In this document: piece after piece, positions 61,730-64,000 of the stretch
Numbering within the stretch: the first letter of the stretch is position 1
How the letters are laid out: each line of letters opens with the position of its first letter
DNA from: Escherichia coli
GTDB taxonomy: Bacteria > Pseudomonadota > Gammaproteobacteria > Enterobacterales > Enterobacteriaceae
Strand: one strand, 5' to 3'
Assembly (NCBI RefSeq): GCF_024502345.1
Contig: NZ_JALDNN010000002.1
Length of the DNA: 64,000 bases
Position numbers and translations under genes: made by a program
Notes under the pieces: generated by a model
Seen by the model: only the letters and a program-made list of their open reading frames with translations
Told to the model about the DNA's origin: nothing
Database searches by the model: none

Positions 61730-61740
61730 GGCCCATACCC

Positions 61741-63113
61741 CCGGCGTTGATGGCGTGAACAAAACAATGCTACAGGCCAGACTGGCTGTTGAGCTGCAAA
61801 TCCTCAGGGATGAATTACTCTCAGGCCACTACCAGCCCTTGCCCGCCAGACGGGTTTACATCCCTAAAAGCAACGGCAAACTGCGACCACTGGGTATCCC
61901 CGCGTTGCGGGATCGTATTGTTCAGCGGGCCATGCTGATGGCGATGGAGCCGATATGGGAGAGTGATTTTCATACGCTCTCATATGGCTTCCGGCCTGAG
62001 CGCAGTGTCCACCACGCGATCCGCACGGTGAAATTACAGCTCACAGACTGTGGTGAAACCCGGGGACGCTGGGTGATTGAAGGCGACCTGTCCAGTTACT
62101 TCGACACCGTACATCATCGACTGCTGATGAAGGCTGTACGCCGCAGGATCAGTGACGCACGTTTCATGACTCTGCTGTGGAAAACCATCAAGGCGGGACA
62201 TATCGATGTCGGTCTCTTTCGGGCGGCCAGTGAAGGTGTGCCACAGGGCGGTGTTATATCGCCGCTATTATCGAACATCATGCTGAATGAGTTCGATCAA
62301 TACCTGCATGAGCGCTACCTGAGCGGGAAAGCCAGAAAAGATCGGTGGTACTGGAATAACAGTATCCAACGGGGCCGAAGTACGGCGGTCAGAGAAAACT
62401 GGCAGTGGAAACCCGCGGTGGCGTACTGCCGCTATGCCGATGATTTTGTCCTCATCGTCAAAGGCACCAAAGCACAGGCGGAAGCCATCAGGGAGGAGTG
62501 TCGGGGTGTGCTCGAAGGCAGTCTGAAACTCAGGCTGAACATGGATAAGACTAAAATCACCCATGTTAATGACGGCTTTATCTTTCTGGGGCACAGGATC
62601 ATTCGCAAACGCAGTCGTTATGGCGAGATGCGAGTGGTCTCAACGATCCCGCAGGAGAAAGCCAGAAACTTCGCCGCATCGCTGACAGCACTGTTATCAG
62701 GCAACTACAGTGAAAGCAAAGTCGATATGGCTGAACAACTCAACCGAAAACTGAAAGGCTGGGCCATGTTCTATCAGTTCGTTGATTTTAAGGCCAAAGT
62801 CTTCAGTTATATCGACCGTGTCGTGTTCTGGAAGCTGGCTCACTGGCTGGCCCGCAAATACCGTACAGGTATCGCTTTCCTGATGAGGTGGTGGTGTAAA
62901 CCACCGAAACCGGGTCAGAGCAAAACGTGGGTTTTATTTGGTAAAACCAATCACGGCAAGCTCAGCGGCGAAATACTGTACCGGTTGGTGGGGCAAGGTA
63001 AGAAGCTGTTCCGCTGGCGGCTACCCGAAGGTAATCCCTATCTGAGGACGGAGACCAGAAACACGTATACATCGCGCTTTACAGAAGTGGCAATGGCGTT
63101 CGCCAGCATTTAA
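61741..63113 (+). pseudogene. intron RT/maturase, C-terminal part
   Basis: ...PGVDGVNKTMLQ... RT domains with YADD (...YCRYADDFVLIV...) and maturase region. Confidence 0.85.
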
Positions 63114-63118
63114 ATGGA

Positions 63119-63152
63119 GAGCCGGATGCGCTGAAAGGTGCACGTCCGGTTC
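63119..63152 (+). ncRNA. group II intron domain V (GAGCCGGATGCGCTGAAAGGTGCACGTCCGGTTC)
   Basis: Canonical domain V hairpin with AGC triad and GAAA tetraloop, 6 nt after the RT stop. Confidence 0.85.
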
Positions 63153-63203
63153 GGGGAGGAGAGGCAGGGAAATAGTCCGACTACGCCCTGCCTCTTACTC
63201 TAC

Positions 63204-63676
63204 TCAGCACCTGGCAGGGGTTCGCATATGTGGCCTTCATCATTGATGTGTTCGCCGGTGTTATCGTGGGCTGGCGGGTCTCATCCACGATGGAAACGTC
63301 GTTCGTGCTGGATGCACTGGAGCAGGCGCTGTGGGCCAGACGCCCGAGCGGTACCATCCATCACAGCGACAAAGGTTCGCAATATGTGTCACTGGCGTAC
63401 ACGCAACGGCTGCAGGACGCGGAGCTGCTGGCTTCAACAGGCAGCACGGGCGACTCATATGACAATGCGATGGCAGAAAGTATCAACGGGTTGTACAAAG
63501 CGGAGGTGATCCACAGGCAAAGCTGGAAAACCCGACAGGATGTTGAGCTGGCTACGCTGAAATGGGTGGACTGGTACAATAATCACCGATTGATGGAACG
63601 GACCGGATATATCCCGCCAGTGGAGGCAGAAAAAGCCTATTACGCTTCGCTGAATGACCGGGATGTGGCAGCCTGA
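63204..63676 (+). pseudogene. IS3-family OrfB, exon-2 part
   Basis: ...AFIIDVFAGVIVGWRVSS...HSDKGSQYVS... Confidence 0.85.
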
Positions 63677-64000
63677 TCACTCAGGCAAAATACTCTCCAG
63701 GAAAACCGGAGCGGTTCATGGTGTGGCGCTTCCGGCCTTGTATCTGAGTTATTCAAGGTCTCGATCCAATAATTGATCCCAAGGAGATCATAGTGAGATC
63801 CAAAAGAGATCCCCGGATCGCTCCAGCATGCGCTGTAACTGGCTTTAACGTCTGTCTGGATCGACTGCGGAATGTAAAATGTTGACTGTTATATGCATAA
63901 TCTAATACTGTGATATGCAACGGTATTTACTGAGGTATGTATATCCGTTGACTGCGATACGTATTACTACATCCTTTTGTGGATAACCGTTGAGGATCAA

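Larger units (their letters stand above)
59584..63203 (+). mobile_element. group II intron inserted in IS3-family orfB (native length about 2.27 kb without IS186)
   Basis: 5' GTGTG; domain V at 63119-63152; 3' end ...ctac; joining flanks restores the frame ...FTYVSTWQGFAYVAFIIDVF... Confidence 0.85.
58794..63718 (+). mobile_element. IS3-family element (IS629/IS3411-like) with 3-bp TSD TGG, carrying a nested group II intron which carries IS186
   Basis: IRs tgaaccgccccgg... (58794) and ...ccggagcggttca (63718); tgg at 58791-58793 and 63719-63721; about 1.3 kb once the insert is removed. Confidence 0.85.

Overview
This 64 kb window is a heavily IS-rearranged accessory region of an enterobacterial (Klebsiella/E. 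coli-like) replicon. All calls rest on reading the six-frame track and the raw sequence; family names come from memory and no database search or alignment was run. The first ~3.3 kb looks chromosomal (mtlR 3' end, a yibT-like ORF, an ftnB-like ferritin); from the IS26 at 3331 onward the content is plasmid-type backbone. That backbone includes a ParA/ParG-like partition pair, a Rep_3-type repA flanked by iterons, an intact umuDC operon, orphaned F-type iterons and a sopA-sopB-sopC partition locus. Cargo includes a complete sucrose regulon (scrK-scrY-scrA-scrB-scrR), a general porin, and an eroded restriction island (GmrSD-like DUF262/DUF1524 gene, hsdR split by IS30, DUF45 peptidase). Mobile elements dominate: three IS26, four IS1 (one tandem dimer, one internally deleted), five IS5/ISKpn26-type copies or fragments, two IS30, several IS3-family elements, IS186, two IS110-family fragments, Tn3-family remnants and two group II introns. 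No antibiotic-resistance genes, tRNAs, rRNAs or CRISPR arrays were seen. The strongest candidate for an undescribed system is a 2.4 kb module at 44806-47189 bracketed by two ISKpn26-like copies: three unrecognised ORFs around an array of four ~35 bp palindromes. Other points of interest are a three-level nested insertion (IS186 inside a group II intron inside an IS3-family orfB), a group II intron abutting the umuDC SOS box, and a YafN-like antitoxin with a non-canonical partner.
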